From positions 44,316 to 108,315 of the IMG/VR virus record IMGVR_UViG_3300021197_001203: a stretch of 64,000 nt of DNA. One strand, 5' to 3'. Below, piece by piece: positions 28,784 through 39,200 of this stretch (within the stretch, counting starts at the first letter, position 1; every line of letters starts with the position of its first letter). Made by a program: the position numbers and the translations under genes. Under the pieces are notes generated by a model. It saw only the letters and a program-made list of their open reading frames with translations. It was not told the origin of the DNA and searched no databases. The DNA comes from a virus.

Positions 28784-29096
28784 AATCGACAAAGCGATTG
28801 AATGGTTGGAAAAACGATGTGCAAAACATCCCCCTAATGATTATCAATTTGTTAATTTTATTAAAGAAACATTGAATCAAAGTAAAGGGGTGATAACACC
28901 TCACGCTTGTTGGTTCTGTAATGGTAATCTGATATGGGGCGGCGACCATTCGTTTGAAGACTATGGGGTATTAGTGGACGAAGAAACTGGCAAGGGGGAT
29001 GGGGTAATAGCCAATTTACAATGCAGTGATTGTGGGGCATCAGCATTTTTCTTAACCGCCCCCGATGAAGGACACCAACAACCGGAGATATTCTGA
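28776..29096 (+). CDS. Zinc-ribbon protein
   Basis: CWFCNG.LIWGGDH...NL.CSDCGA; start after GGTGA. Confidence 0.7.
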   Translation: MSKIDKAIEWLEKRCAKHPPNDYQFVNFIKETLNQSKGVITPHACWFCNGNLIWGGDHSFEDYGVLVDEETGKGDGVIANLQCSDCGASAFFLTAPDEGHQQPEIF

Positions 29097-29284
29097 TGAG
29101 CGAAGAAGAGTATGAATGGGTTGATGTTGAAAACGAAGAGGATATAACTTGTATTCACCCTGAATGTAAGAGAGAGGTTTCAGTCAATTCAGGCATACAT
29201 GGTATGTGTGAGCATCATTATGCGGAGTGGTATAACGGCTACGCTAGGGCTTACGGATGGACGGAGATCGAGATTGATGGCTAA
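29096..29284 (+). CDS. Small Cys/His protein
   Basis: CIHPEC...MCEHH; TGATG coupling. Confidence 0.55.
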   Translation: MSEEEYEWVDVENEEDITCIHPECKREVSVNSGIHGMCEHHYAEWYNGYARAYGWTEIEIDG

Positions 29285-29981
29285 GATATTGTTTATTGAT
29301 AACCGTGAGAAATCGGGGTTAGAAGATTTGGTCAAAAAGTATTGCGACAAAAAAGGTTTAATGCACCAAACCAAACAAAATCTAATCACGGACTATGCTT
29401 TCAATAGTGTAGGTATAGAAGCTAAGAGTGTCCAAGATTACATGAGTAGTATGATGTCAGGGCATTTAGAGCAACAGCTACAAAATCTTGATGACAATTA
29501 CAATCAAGGGATATTATTAATTTGGGGGACTCTTGACCAGTATCTAGCTCAAGCTGTTAAAAGTGGCCGCAAGATACCATATGGTAGGGCGTGGTCATCG
29601 TGGATTGGTTCTTTAGCACGTTATAGTATAGATTTTGACGTGAATATTATTACTTTACCTGACCGATCAAGTGCAGCTAGATATATTTGTAAGAGATTTG
29701 AGAAAGACGGAACATTAAGGTCTTCATCGACTTACAGGGTATTAAGAAAAACATCTTCTGAAGATATGAGAGTGGATGTTCTTAGGGCGGCAGGGGCTAG
29801 TGCTACTATCGCTAAAAATCTATTAGATGAGTTTGGGTCAATAGCTGAAATCTCTTCGTTGCCAATAAATGAAATGACTACGCTTGCTGGTTTAGGTAAA
29901 ATACGGTCTGAAAAAATAAGTCGTGTATTGAACAGCGAAGAAAAAGTCGTCAGTGAAAAGGTGAAAATGTCTCGTTCATAA
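29277..29981 (+). CDS. ERCC4/XPF (Hef-like) structure-specific nuclease with HhH motifs
   Basis: IDNRE, TDY, IEAKS..DY.SS...G.L..Q, and C-terminal HhH2 (LLDEFGSI, GLGKIRS). Confidence 0.9.
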   Translation: MAKILFIDNREKSGLEDLVKKYCDKKGLMHQTKQNLITDYAFNSVGIEAKSVQDYMSSMMSGHLEQQLQNLDDNYNQGILLIWGTLDQYLAQAVKSGRKIPYGRAWSSWIGSLARYSIDFDVNIITLPDRSSAARYICKRFEKDGTLRSSSTYRVLRKTSSEDMRVDVLRAAGASATIAKNLLDEFGSIAEISSLPINEMTTLAGLGKIRSEKISRVLNSEEKVVSEKVKMSRS

Positions 29982-30029
29982 TGTAAGAGGTTAAGAGTGA
30001 TAACTATTACCCAAGTCTCCGGTGATACT

Positions 30030-31478
30030 ATGCTACTCAGAAACGAACAAGACACAACACGAAAATGGAGTGATTATTCCCTTGTTTCATCACCTTATGA
30101 TGGCAGCAAGTTCATTCGGCAATACATAGACCGATTCAATACCGTATCATTCTTCAATGAATATGCAGGACTGATGTCATACTTTTTTGTTATGGGTCAG
30201 ATACTTGCACCATACATGAGAATGCCTATTCATGGTATCTTTATTGATTGCCGTTTTCACTTGTATTGGATTCAACCATCTAGGTCAGGTAAATCAGTAG
30301 CTTACGAGTTTATATCTAAGATTCTGAAGCTTTGTGAAATTGATACAGAACAATTTAGTGCTGGTTCAGACGCAAAGTTAATCGGTTCTGTTATCGAAAA
30401 GGCAGTTTTTGATGAGAAGGGTGTAGCCACTGGCAAAACAGAATATGAAACCGTACCGGGAATATTGAACGGCTACAAGACGCTTTTATTCGATGAGGCT
30501 AGTGTTCTTCTCAACGATCAGAAAGCTTACTTCAGCGATAAGATTCTTTACTTACAGCAAGCAATGGCCCCAATCGGTTCTGAGACAAATGTGCTGGTAA
30601 AGCATCTAGTCTCAGGGACAGTAAGGACACCTTCGGGGGTATCACTATGGATGACTACTTATCCTCCAAAAGATATTATGCACCACGTTCTTGAGAAGGG
30701 TTTCTTTCAACGTGTATTCTTGTATCAGAATGATGTCACTGTTGAAACAAGACAGACCACAAGTGAACACCGATTGAGTGGGGCTTATGTCCCAGTGCCT
30801 GACCGTCTTTGGAAATATGAAGACCTAGCAAAATACTTTTTAGACATCAGAGACGAAATAAAAGGTAGGTTGTTTGAGGCAGCAGGTATAACAGAAGAAG
30901 AATGGGGGCAGCTATCAGACGGTGAAAGAGAGGACATAGCAATACGCCATTCTTACGACCTGTTCACAGTAGGACCGTCTTATCATGCGGCTTTGTTGAA
31001 TGCTGATGATAACTACTATGCCTTAATCAAATCTGTTGCGAATGATGACATTAGAGAAACTGCAATGAGCTTTTTACCTAACACTGAAAACTATACTATT
31101 ATTTTGAGTAATCTTATTGCAGCTAGTATGAAGTCCACCGTTATAACGGCAGAACACATCAACATGGCTCATGAAATAATCTATGATAATCTTCACAACC
31201 TCATAATATGGTTAGAACAGAAACAAAGTGTAGCCACTAAGAAGAGAACACAGGCAGAACAACATTCATGGAGAGAATCATTCAACAAATGTGTAAAGGC
31301 GTTGCACCCTAAGACAGCTAGAGAAGTTGTGAAGAAAGCAGAATTAGAACAAAGATATGCTCAGGCTAATCAAGTAAGTGTCAAGACAGCCAAGAGGCGT
31401 TTGGATAAGTTGATCGGCAATAAGACAGCCGAGAGATTCATGAAAGGCCGTGTGGCTTATGTTGCTATGAATTGGTGA
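30030..31478 (+). CDS. P-loop ATPase, putative replicative helicase (AAA+/MCM-related) with C-terminal wHTH
   Basis: PSRSGKS, S.AKLIGS, LLFDEAS and GFFQR (Arg finger). Start at 30030 after GGTGA. Confidence 0.65.
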   Translation: MLLRNEQDTTRKWSDYSLVSSPYDGSKFIRQYIDRFNTVSFFNEYAGLMSYFFVMGQILAPYMRMPIHGIFIDCRFHLYWIQPSRSGKSVAYEFISKILKLCEIDTEQFSAGSDAKLIGSVIEKAVFDEKGVATGKTEYETVPGILNGYKTLLFDEASVLLNDQKAYFSDKILYLQQAMAPIGSETNVLVKHLVSGTVRTPSGVSLWMTTYPPKDIMHHVLEKGFFQRVFLYQNDVTVETRQTTSEHRLSGAYVPVPDRLWKYEDLAKYFLDIRDEIKGRLFEAAGITEEEWGQLSDGEREDIAIRHSYDLFTVGPSYHAALLNADDNYYALIKSVANDDIRETAMSFLPNTENYTIILSNLIAASMKSTVITAEHINMAHEIIYDNLHNLIIWLEQKQSVATKKRTQAEQHSWRESFNKCVKALHPKTAREVVKKAELEQRYAQANQVSVKTAKRRLDKLIGNKTAERFMKGRVAYVAMNW

Positions 31479-31482
31479 TTCT

Positions 31483-32193
31483 ATGTTAGGAAACAGATTA
31501 GCAACATTTATGCAAACAGAAAAGATAATCTCATTTAGAGTTTTTAGCTCATATGATGATGACAAGGATTACACCGACCTTGATAAGTTTCATATTGATG
31601 CTGCTGTTTTCTTCGATGGCAGAACATTCTATGTATTCACTGATGTTGTGAATGAATTAATACATAAGGGGTATAAAACTCAAGTCAGATCAAGAAAAGA
31701 AATGGGTGCTTGGATAAAAGCTTTGGATCATGAAACTACATTAGTAGGTTTTAATTCTAACAAGCTACAATACCAGCTACTACTCAAAGCATACGATATA
31801 CAATTCAAAACAATTGACTTGATGGATTCAATAGGACTCGCTGCTGCCTCTTACTATGACACTTCTAAACCACGCTTTACACTTAGAGAATGTTCTCGGT
31901 GGAATAGTGTCAAACAAAGTATATTGCCTCACTACACTTGGATGTTCACTACAATTGAATTGTTCGATGAATGGTATAGTGAAAGATTTCGTAGTGTTGC
32001 TAAGAATCTAGCAGCTGAATGCGAAATGATAGCAAAGCTAGCACACCGTATCAGGAAGAGAAAACAAGTACGCTGGCTAGATAGGGTGTCAGGAAAAGGT
32101 GTTGCGATACCTATGGACTTCTATGGTCAAATCATACCTAGAGGTTTTTTCAAAGGGGCTAAAGATGACCCATCTCTTGAAGGTAGCGAATAG
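31483..32193 (+). CDS. Degenerate RNase H-fold (DEDD/YprB-like) exonuclease homolog
   Basis: TLVGFN...Y.LL, TIDLM, RFTL..C...N are retained, but the acidic catalytic residues appear substituted. Confidence 0.5.
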   Translation: MLGNRLATFMQTEKIISFRVFSSYDDDKDYTDLDKFHIDAAVFFDGRTFYVFTDVVNELIHKGYKTQVRSRKEMGAWIKALDHETTLVGFNSNKLQYQLLLKAYDIQFKTIDLMDSIGLAAASYYDTSKPRFTLRECSRWNSVKQSILPHYTWMFTTIELFDEWYSERFRSVAKNLAAECEMIAKLAHRIRKRKQVRWLDRVSGKGVAIPMDFYGQIIPRGFFKGAKDDPSLEGSE

Positions 32194-33943
32194 TATCAGG
32201 ATGCACGATGTTGCTTAATTGATCGATAGTAGTCACGCCACCTTTGTCTAAGAATCGTTGCACGTTATGGTTAGGGTTTTCTAAATGGAACGCTGTTTCC
32301 GGTTGCACAGGAGGTAATGCCCCCAGTGCTTCTTCAGTAGCCCTACCAAAGTCTGTACCCATTTGGAACGGTATAATTGATTTAGCGTGATATGCGGGTA
32401 CTGATACTTTTTTCCCAGTGATTGGATTAATGTAGCTGAAACCTCTTGTTTGTTGTGTACCACGGTTTGACCCTTTAGGTGCAAAGGCATATCCAGCACC
32501 CGAAAGTATGCTGCCCATCGTCCTTACTTTTCCTTCACGATTCCCAAATTGAAAGCTATCCAATAATGCGTCTCTAGGTTGTCTAGTTAATGAATTACTT
32601 TTCATGCCTTTTTTTGAAAACTTTCTCATACCCTCTAATAATATTTCATCTAAGAAAGCTCTAGGCACAGGAACAGATGAACTTCTAAGTTGAGGGACGC
32701 TAGAGAAATCACTGTATTTTGCTTTAGTATTAAACAACACGTCTTTTCTAGGGTCTTTAGATATTTGTCCTATTCTTGGTCTAGGCACCCACCCTTTAGG
32801 AAACCTACCAAAAAAATCTGTTCTCTTTAACGGTGGAAGATTCGCAGCACCATACCTCAATTGTTCACCTGTATTCCCTGCATATTTTATTGATGTCTCT
32901 AAGGGGTCTAAACCAGTCCCAGTAATAGGTGATCGATTTTGGGCTATACCGAAGAGAGAGGCTACTGGGTCAGAATAAGATGCGTGATTGACCGAAGCAA
33001 AATCAGGTAATATTTTACTGTATGTCATCGGCATAAATCTAGCCATCCCCGTAGGGTTTTCAAGAATACTAAACATATCGGGATTACGGCGTGTCATCTC
33101 TTCAACTAATTTGAAAGTATCACGGAATAATTTTGCAGTTCCTTTATTAGACCCTCCAAAGTTTTTCTTTTTACCAGTAATAGGGTCGGTCCTCCAATCA
33201 GGCATTTTTGGTTTCCAATTACCAGCTGGATTTTCATCAGTCGATTCTCCCATCCACGCTGGGGCTTCATTTGTAGTGCCTCTAGCCTCTAGTGCTTCTC
33301 TTTTCCCTTCTTTATTATATCCCTCCGGTTCGTGCCATTTACTACCTACGGCAGCAACACTCATATCAACACAGGTAGGACTACCGAATAACACATCAGG
33401 CATACGACCACCAAAATGATCTTCGATTTCATTTACAGATAAGTCCTGTATATCAGATAAGAACGTAGGGGTTATACCCATTTGCTTACTGTCAGGGCCA
33501 CCCGTTTTACCCCAATCAGACGTTGCCCCTGTATGTCCTCTTCGATACATATCAGAACCCCAGCCACCCGGCAAAACCTTTTCTCCACCTACTCCTGAAA
33601 ACAATTCCATTGACATAAGTTCCTTTTGTTTAGGGGACATATTAGGACGCTCAGGTGCTAACACTGCTACACTCAATTCTTCTTCAGATGCTTTCGCAAT
33701 ATGTTTGCGGCTACCTCCCGCGCCCAGCTGCCTACGCATTGTAGGTCTAACATTACCCCTTGATTTGTTTCTTGAGTATCTTCTTTGAGTCTTTGCTCGT
33801 TTATTCTTACGGCTCTTATTCCAAGCTCTAGCTTTAGCTTGTCTCTCAGCTCGGCCACTTATTGTATTGCGTGAATAACCAGTGAACTTACCCTTGTCCT
33901 CATTCTTGGTCATCTCCCAAGCCTCATCAAAAGGATCAGTCAC
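32159..33943 (-). CDS. Late protein: FDEAW leader, Arg/Lys-rich segment and C5 DNA-cytosine methyltransferase-like domain
   Basis: Begins MTDPFDEAWEMTK. Motif I-like MELFSG, DI.DL, motif IV-like PDVLFGSPTC..MS.A, motif VI-like ILENP.G, and KRTDFF. Confidence 0.7.
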   Translation of the reverse strand: MTDPFDEAWEMTKNEDKGKFTGYSRNTISGRAERQAKARAWNKSRKNKRAKTQRRYSRNKSRGNVRPTMRRQLGAGGSRKHIAKASEEELSVAVLAPERPNMSPKQKELMSMELFSGVGGEKVLPGGWGSDMYRRGHTGATSDWGKTGGPDSKQMGITPTFLSDIQDLSVNEIEDHFGGRMPDVLFGSPTCVDMSVAAVGSKWHEPEGYNKEGKREALEARGTTNEAPAWMGESTDENPAGNWKPKMPDWRTDPITGKKKNFGGSNKGTAKLFRDTFKLVEEMTRRNPDMFSILENPTGMARFMPMTYSKILPDFASVNHASYSDPVASLFGIAQNRSPITGTGLDPLETSIKYAGNTGEQLRYGAANLPPLKRTDFFGRFPKGWVPRPRIGQISKDPRKDVLFNTKAKYSDFSSVPQLRSSSVPVPRAFLDEILLEGMRKFSKKGMKSNSLTRQPRDALLDSFQFGNREGKVRTMGSILSGAGYAFAPKGSNRGTQQTRGFSYINPITGKKVSVPAYHAKSIIPFQMGTDFGRATEEALGALPPVQPETAFHLENPNHNVQRFLDKGGVTTIDQLSNIVHPDTIRYLQEMGHL

Positions 33944-34581
33944 TGGACATCACCTACATTTAACATCAATTCAGGGTCAATGTCTAGCAGCTGTTCTTGA
34001 TCGTACTGCCCTCTTAAGGGCATACCTTGTAAAATAAGCTGTCTTTGCATATCAGGGAAGTAATTTGATGATAGTTCAATAGGGACAGGGACGTTTCCTA
34101 AGAGTTGAAGTATAGCCATCATCCTGTGTCTGCCTTCATGCCCCACAATATCTCTTGATTGAGACACTTTGCCCAAAGTAGTATCGTTATTTGATGCAAT
34201 TCTTAGATTGGGGATATAAGTAGGCTTGCCCTCTTTCATTCCCTGTATAATATTTTCTGTACGAGGGTTTTTTTGTTTCTTCTTCTTATCCCACCACATA
34301 TAGTCCTGTAATACGCTGCCGTACATTTGTTCACCTTTATGATTCCCTTTTATTGGAGAGGTGAGCCTGAGATAGTCCTGTGGCTTCATCATGGTCTTAG
34401 TATGGTAGCTTCCAAAAACCGGACTCCCCCCCATCGGATAATAATTCGTTTCTCCATCTATGCCGGGTTCTCGCCAGCTTCTGCCCTTGTCGTTTTCTTC
34501 TTTATCCCAAAACTCCGTAGGGCCGACTTTGTATGTAGCCATTTTGACTAATGCCCAACCATGTTGAAAGGCATCGCTCAT
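33940..34581 (-). CDS. Late protein: FQHGW leader and ParB/Srx-like domain
   Basis: Likely start ATG 34581 (ATGA overlap): MSDAFQHGWALVK. Contains M.P.DYL.L, P.L.I and IVGHEGRHRMMA...G..PVP. Confidence 0.7.
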   Translation of the reverse strand: MSDAFQHGWALVKMATYKVGPTEFWDKEENDKGRSWREPGIDGETNYYPMGGSPVFGSYHTKTMMKPQDYLRLTSPIKGNHKGEQMYGSVLQDYMWWDKKKKQKNPRTENIIQGMKEGKPTYIPNLRIASNNDTTLGKVSQSRDIVGHEGRHRMMAILQLLGNVPVPIELSSNYFPDMQRQLILQGMPLRGQYDQEQLLDIDPELMLNVGDVQ

Positions 34582-34775
34582 GTATGCGCCTTTGTTTTCA
34601 ATCCTTTTTTGAGTTTGGGGTTTATTTTTTTCCACACCGCATCACAAATAGGACATTCCCATAAGAAAATCCGGTCTCTCGATCCTGCATAAAATCCGTT
34701 TATACGGATAGCCAATACTCGATTAGAACACTCAGGGCAGTCTTGACTTATCTTATCCTGATAGTGATTGACCAT
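34578..34775 (-). CDS. Small zinc-ribbon protein
   Basis: CPEC...WECPIC; coupled to genes on both sides. Confidence 0.7.
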   Translation of the reverse strand: MVNHYQDKISQDCPECSNRVLAIRINGFYAGSRDRIFLWECPICDAVWKKINPKLKKGLKTKAHT

Positions 34776-35941
34776 CAGGTATGCCCCGCATGAGTGTAGG
34801 TGACTAATATTTTATCAGCCCCGCCAGTCTCAAAACCACCACCATTGTCGTCAGGTATGGTTATCGCAGTGCCCGCAGTATTGACATAGAAATCACCAAC
34901 GGGTGCGCCACCACCTTGAGCTGATTGGATTAAAATACCATCACGCAATTTTTCTCCTGCCCCTGTGTCCGAAGCATCATAAGAATGAATCTCAATAAGA
35001 TACAAAGTGGAGTCATCTTGTGATTGCAGCGGCTTAAAAAGAATGTCCGTTCCGAATGTAATAGTTTTTGCAGCAGCCGGATTCCAATCAAATATCTTTT
35101 TTGAAGTACGGTGTGTAGGAGTTAGTTGGTACACTCCACCCCCTCCTGCATATTCTCCTACACCTTTATCTGATTGGAAGAAAAGGTGTGTCTGATCAAT
35201 GCCGTTTGGCGTTCCTGATAACCCTCTAGGGTTTCTAGCAAATAAGAAACCTAAATCTGAAACAGGCAGGGTGCCGTTTTGACTACCTGCTATGAAATCG
35301 TTGGCTGGGTTGGAACCGTTGCTTGCATGATTACTTAAAGCCGAGATTGGATAAGGGCCGGGGCGAATGAATACTCTTTTGTCATTACACTTCGCAATAG
35401 CAACGCCGCTGTTGTAAGTTAATCTGCATGAAGCTAATACGATAGTGTGTTTAGCTAGATGACCTGATGGGCTTTGTGGATAAACACCAGTTGCAGTATT
35501 CACTTCGTCTCCGTAAATATAACCTATGAAACCTGCTTTGGTAGGGTCAACATAAACTAACAACATTCTTTCGTAGCCACTACCAGTCAAGGTAGGAACC
35601 GAATTGCCGTTATACGGGAAAAAAGATGCAGTGCCTCCAGCTGTAATATCTTTAGCAATACTAGATACTTCGTAAAACATACCATCTAGTAAAACAGTAC
35701 CAGCTGCAACTGTAATAGTGGTGCCGCTAAATGAGGTGGCACAATTGCCATTAACATAGGACAACCTATTAGAATTAGAGCTGTGATAATCATTTACGGT
35801 GATTGGTACTACCCCGTTCATCAAAGCCCTTTCATTAAAATTAGTTAGTGTGGGGCTTGTCAATACATCTCCATCGAGCAAACCATCTTCTTGGTCAGAC
35901 CCCGTTTTCTTCTCATGTCCTTCACCTAAACTCGCCATCAT
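34775..35941 (-). CDS. Virion tail-tip / baseplate-associated protein
   Basis: G/S/T-rich with ITVAAGTVLLDG, VLAS and D.RVF patterns; lies in the tail module. Confidence 0.6.
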   Translation of the reverse strand: MMASLGEGHEKKTGSDQEDGLLDGDVLTSPTLTNFNERALMNGVVPITVNDYHSSNSNRLSYVNGNCATSFSGTTITVAAGTVLLDGMFYEVSSIAKDITAGGTASFFPYNGNSVPTLTGSGYERMLLVYVDPTKAGFIGYIYGDEVNTATGVYPQSPSGHLAKHTIVLASCRLTYNSGVAIAKCNDKRVFIRPGPYPISALSNHASNGSNPANDFIAGSQNGTLPVSDLGFLFARNPRGLSGTPNGIDQTHLFFQSDKGVGEYAGGGGVYQLTPTHRTSKKIFDWNPAAAKTITFGTDILFKPLQSQDDSTLYLIEIHSYDASDTGAGEKLRDGILIQSAQGGGAPVGDFYVNTAGTAITIPDDNGGGFETGGADKILVTYTHAGHT

Positions 35942-36279
35942 CTCACCTCGATCAACACATCAACCTTAATCTCATTAGTTGCGTCTTTGGTTATTGGCAT
36001 AAATGTAGCCCTGTATGCAGGGGTGTCCAATGCCGTATCTCCCGTCAAAACTAATTCCTTAATTGATTGAGAAGATACAAGTTGGTTATCAAACGTAGCG
36101 GAAATAGCCAAAGTGCGGTCATCTATTCTTCTTACGTTTGGTGTCACACTCATCTGAGGATTACCCGCACCGCCGTCCCTACTAGACGAATCGCCACCAC
36201 TAGAACCCAATGTTATTTGAGATACTAAAGTGGCTAAGTGGTCTGTAAGAGCAGATTTTAATGTATCGAGAATAGGCAT
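35938..36279 (-). CDS. Small tail-tip / baseplate protein
   Basis: Beta-rich 113 aa (IKELVL, RATFMPITK); follows the hub-like gene. Confidence 0.55.
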   Translation of the reverse strand: MPILDTLKSALTDHLATLVSQITLGSSGGDSSSRDGGAGNPQMSVTPNVRRIDDRTLAISATFDNQLVSSQSIKELVLTGDTALDTPAYRATFMPITKDATNEIKVDVLIEVR

Positions 36280-39200
36280 TATTTCACCACATAATATATT
36301 GATTTGGATTCGCCCATCGGTAAAGCCCGCTTGCCACCATCACGCACTCCTACCTTACCCATCCCATTAGTGTGTTTCGCACCAATTAAGAATCCACGGT
36401 TGTTTGTTGAACGTATTGATATACGATGGACTGCCTTTATTTTAACACTACCCGATATTGCTAGCTCTATCAAATCTATTGTTTCAGAGGCTGAATCATC
36501 TGCTGGTGCTGTATTACTTGTGAATGCTTGTAAGTCTGATAATAATCCTTCAATCCCCTTATCATATTGCCCTATGACAAAATTACTTTCTAGGTTAGTA
36601 TAATCGTGTTCAGCCTCAAAGACGGCATATTCACCTCTAACTTCATGTATCGGTAAATTAAGATTTATGATCTCACCGGGGGCAATATTTGTGCTAGACA
36701 TAACACCCTTCAATTCTATAACAGGGCTTTTATTTTCAGTTCTCGCCAATATAGCCTTAGCTAATTTCATCGCTTCCTGTTTTGTTTTCAATCCCGGTAT
36801 CTCTTGACGTAATGTTTTTGCTAAACCTGTTGTAGCACCTCTCCCCGCTTCGTCCCTCATTCTTTCAGGGTCTTTTATGGCAACATATACTCGTTCATTG
36901 TTCGCTAGTGTATCTCCAGCAACAATTACTTCATTTGGAGAGTCAATCATTTTACTTACACCAACAGCTCTAACCGGATTACTGACATTGATCGTTGAAC
37001 CCTTGTTGTTGAAAGTAGCTCTTGAATAAATTAACCCTCCATTTCTTTCATTGACAAGTTGCCTCCCATCCAATTGTGAAAGATTTCTTATAGCCTCCAT
37101 GATGTTAATTCCTTTTGTTTTTCTAGCAACAAAAGTATTAGAATGGTCATTGATTAATCTAAGTGATGGATGAGCATTTAAGGAAGAAGAAACCTCCTTA
37201 TCATTTGCTGTTAATGCAGATGTAGGTGTCACGTTATAACCAGCTAATTCGGACCCAGCATCATCTAATAGCATCAAAGCTGCATCTGATGTTCTGACAC
37301 CCACAAAACCATATTGCCCTAAGACTACCCCACTCTCTAAATCAATTCCATTATCGCCCAAACTATCTCCTTTGATATTCTTAAATCGTAGTGAAGTGGT
37401 GTTTTCTTCAGTAGTAATGTCTGCGATTCTTAACCTAACACCTTGACTATCGAATAGATATGGCGGGGAAAATGTCTCACTAAGTTCCCTACCGTCAACT
37501 CTAATTTTTTGAATACCTTTGTTCTGATTGGTAATTGCAGATATGTTTTTTCCATTAGAAATATTAAATATTCTCTGACTGACCATTATGAAATCTGAAG
37601 GGTCGTATTCTAACAGCCCTCTGTATGAAAGCGAAGTTTGTTTTACCACTGAAAGCGTAGCATCAAATCTTTTCCAAGTATCAGTTTCTATTTTACCCAA
37701 AACCAATGCGTTATCTGCTAATGTGGGTATAGTGACATATGGTAATGTTAATGCCCGCCTGTCGGATAATGAAGTAGGACTTGACTCGGTTGTGTAGTGA
37801 AGAGTCTGTCCTGTTAAGTCGGTGATGCCTGTATTGTTTGCAGATAGTGTCAATCTATTCCCTGATTTAGCGGAGTAAGTAAGTTTACCTTTTGAGACTA
37901 CAAACAATGTACCACTGTTAGGTAGCAAAGAAGCATCATCGATCACGATGTAGTTATTGCTACTTATTGTATATTGTGATTTAACCAAAAATGTGGGGTA
38001 TGTCCTCATCATAGAATCTAATGTTGTATGCGTGGCTTGGTCTTCTAACCCTTGTTTAGCAAAGTCGCCCCCTATGCCTGTACCATCAACATAGTATCTA
38101 ACTTGTGTTTGATGAAGTTTCTCGCCGCCACCGGGGTGAGGGGTTTGAGAATATCTAGGCTCGATTTCAGGATTAAAACCACCGTCAATAGTTTTCCTAG
38201 CTGCATCTGATTTGAAAAATTGTAGCATTGATGAAGACGGTATAAGGTGGTATGCAGCATCATATTCATTAGCATCAGGCCAGTCAATGCTTAACGTGCC
38301 TTCAGCCGTACTCACGAATCTATTATTTCCTAAGCCTTTAGACACATTAGCTTCAAACACACCATAGCGGCCATCTCTAGTAAATGGCTGATGAGCTAAT
38401 TTTTCGGTGTTAGTGGTTTTACATCTAGCCCCATTTAGCCAACCATCTTGAAGTAAGTCAGATGCAAAACCAAATAGCTTCAATGGCCTTACTGGTCTAA
38501 CTATGTAATCAACTGCTTTGCGTCTTGGATGTGATGACATAGCATTTCCGCTAGTCCCATGTACCTCAGTGGACATGACTCCATCTTTTTCTCTATTCAA
38601 ATATGATTTACGAAGAATATAGACACCACCCCAAGCTGGCAGATCGGCAGAACCTCTTACCGTCCAAGAATCAAGAGCATGAGTCTTTGCATATACTAAC
38701 GGGACATAATCTATTGTGGCTAATGTAGGGGCTATAACCGCACTGCTTCCTGCATTGCTGAGGACAATTGTAGGATTGCTTGTGAAACCTAACCCCCCAT
38801 TGGTCATTGTTAGAGATATTACGGGGCCAGTTGTGCCTACTACTGCAACACCGGAACCGTTAGAGGGGCTGGTTTCCACGTAATTCCCTCCTAAATCCTG
38901 AACTTCATATGTTAAAGAAAGCGTATGTGCAGCTAAGAAATTAGCACCTGCACTTGTTATACTAATCCCCGTGACAGTCAATTGACCGTTGACGGTTAAA
39001 GCAATTATGGCTTGTGTTGCTGTGATTCCACCAACCGCATTACTATTGATTCTGACTCTATAAGTTGTGGTTTCGGCATTCGACATACGAAGGCTATTCA
39101 AAGTGAATCCAGTTATTGTTCGGCCTACTAGATAGGTACCCGCAAAACCACTACCGCCCCCTCCTGTTGCGGTTAGATTGCCATCAGAATAACCAGTACC

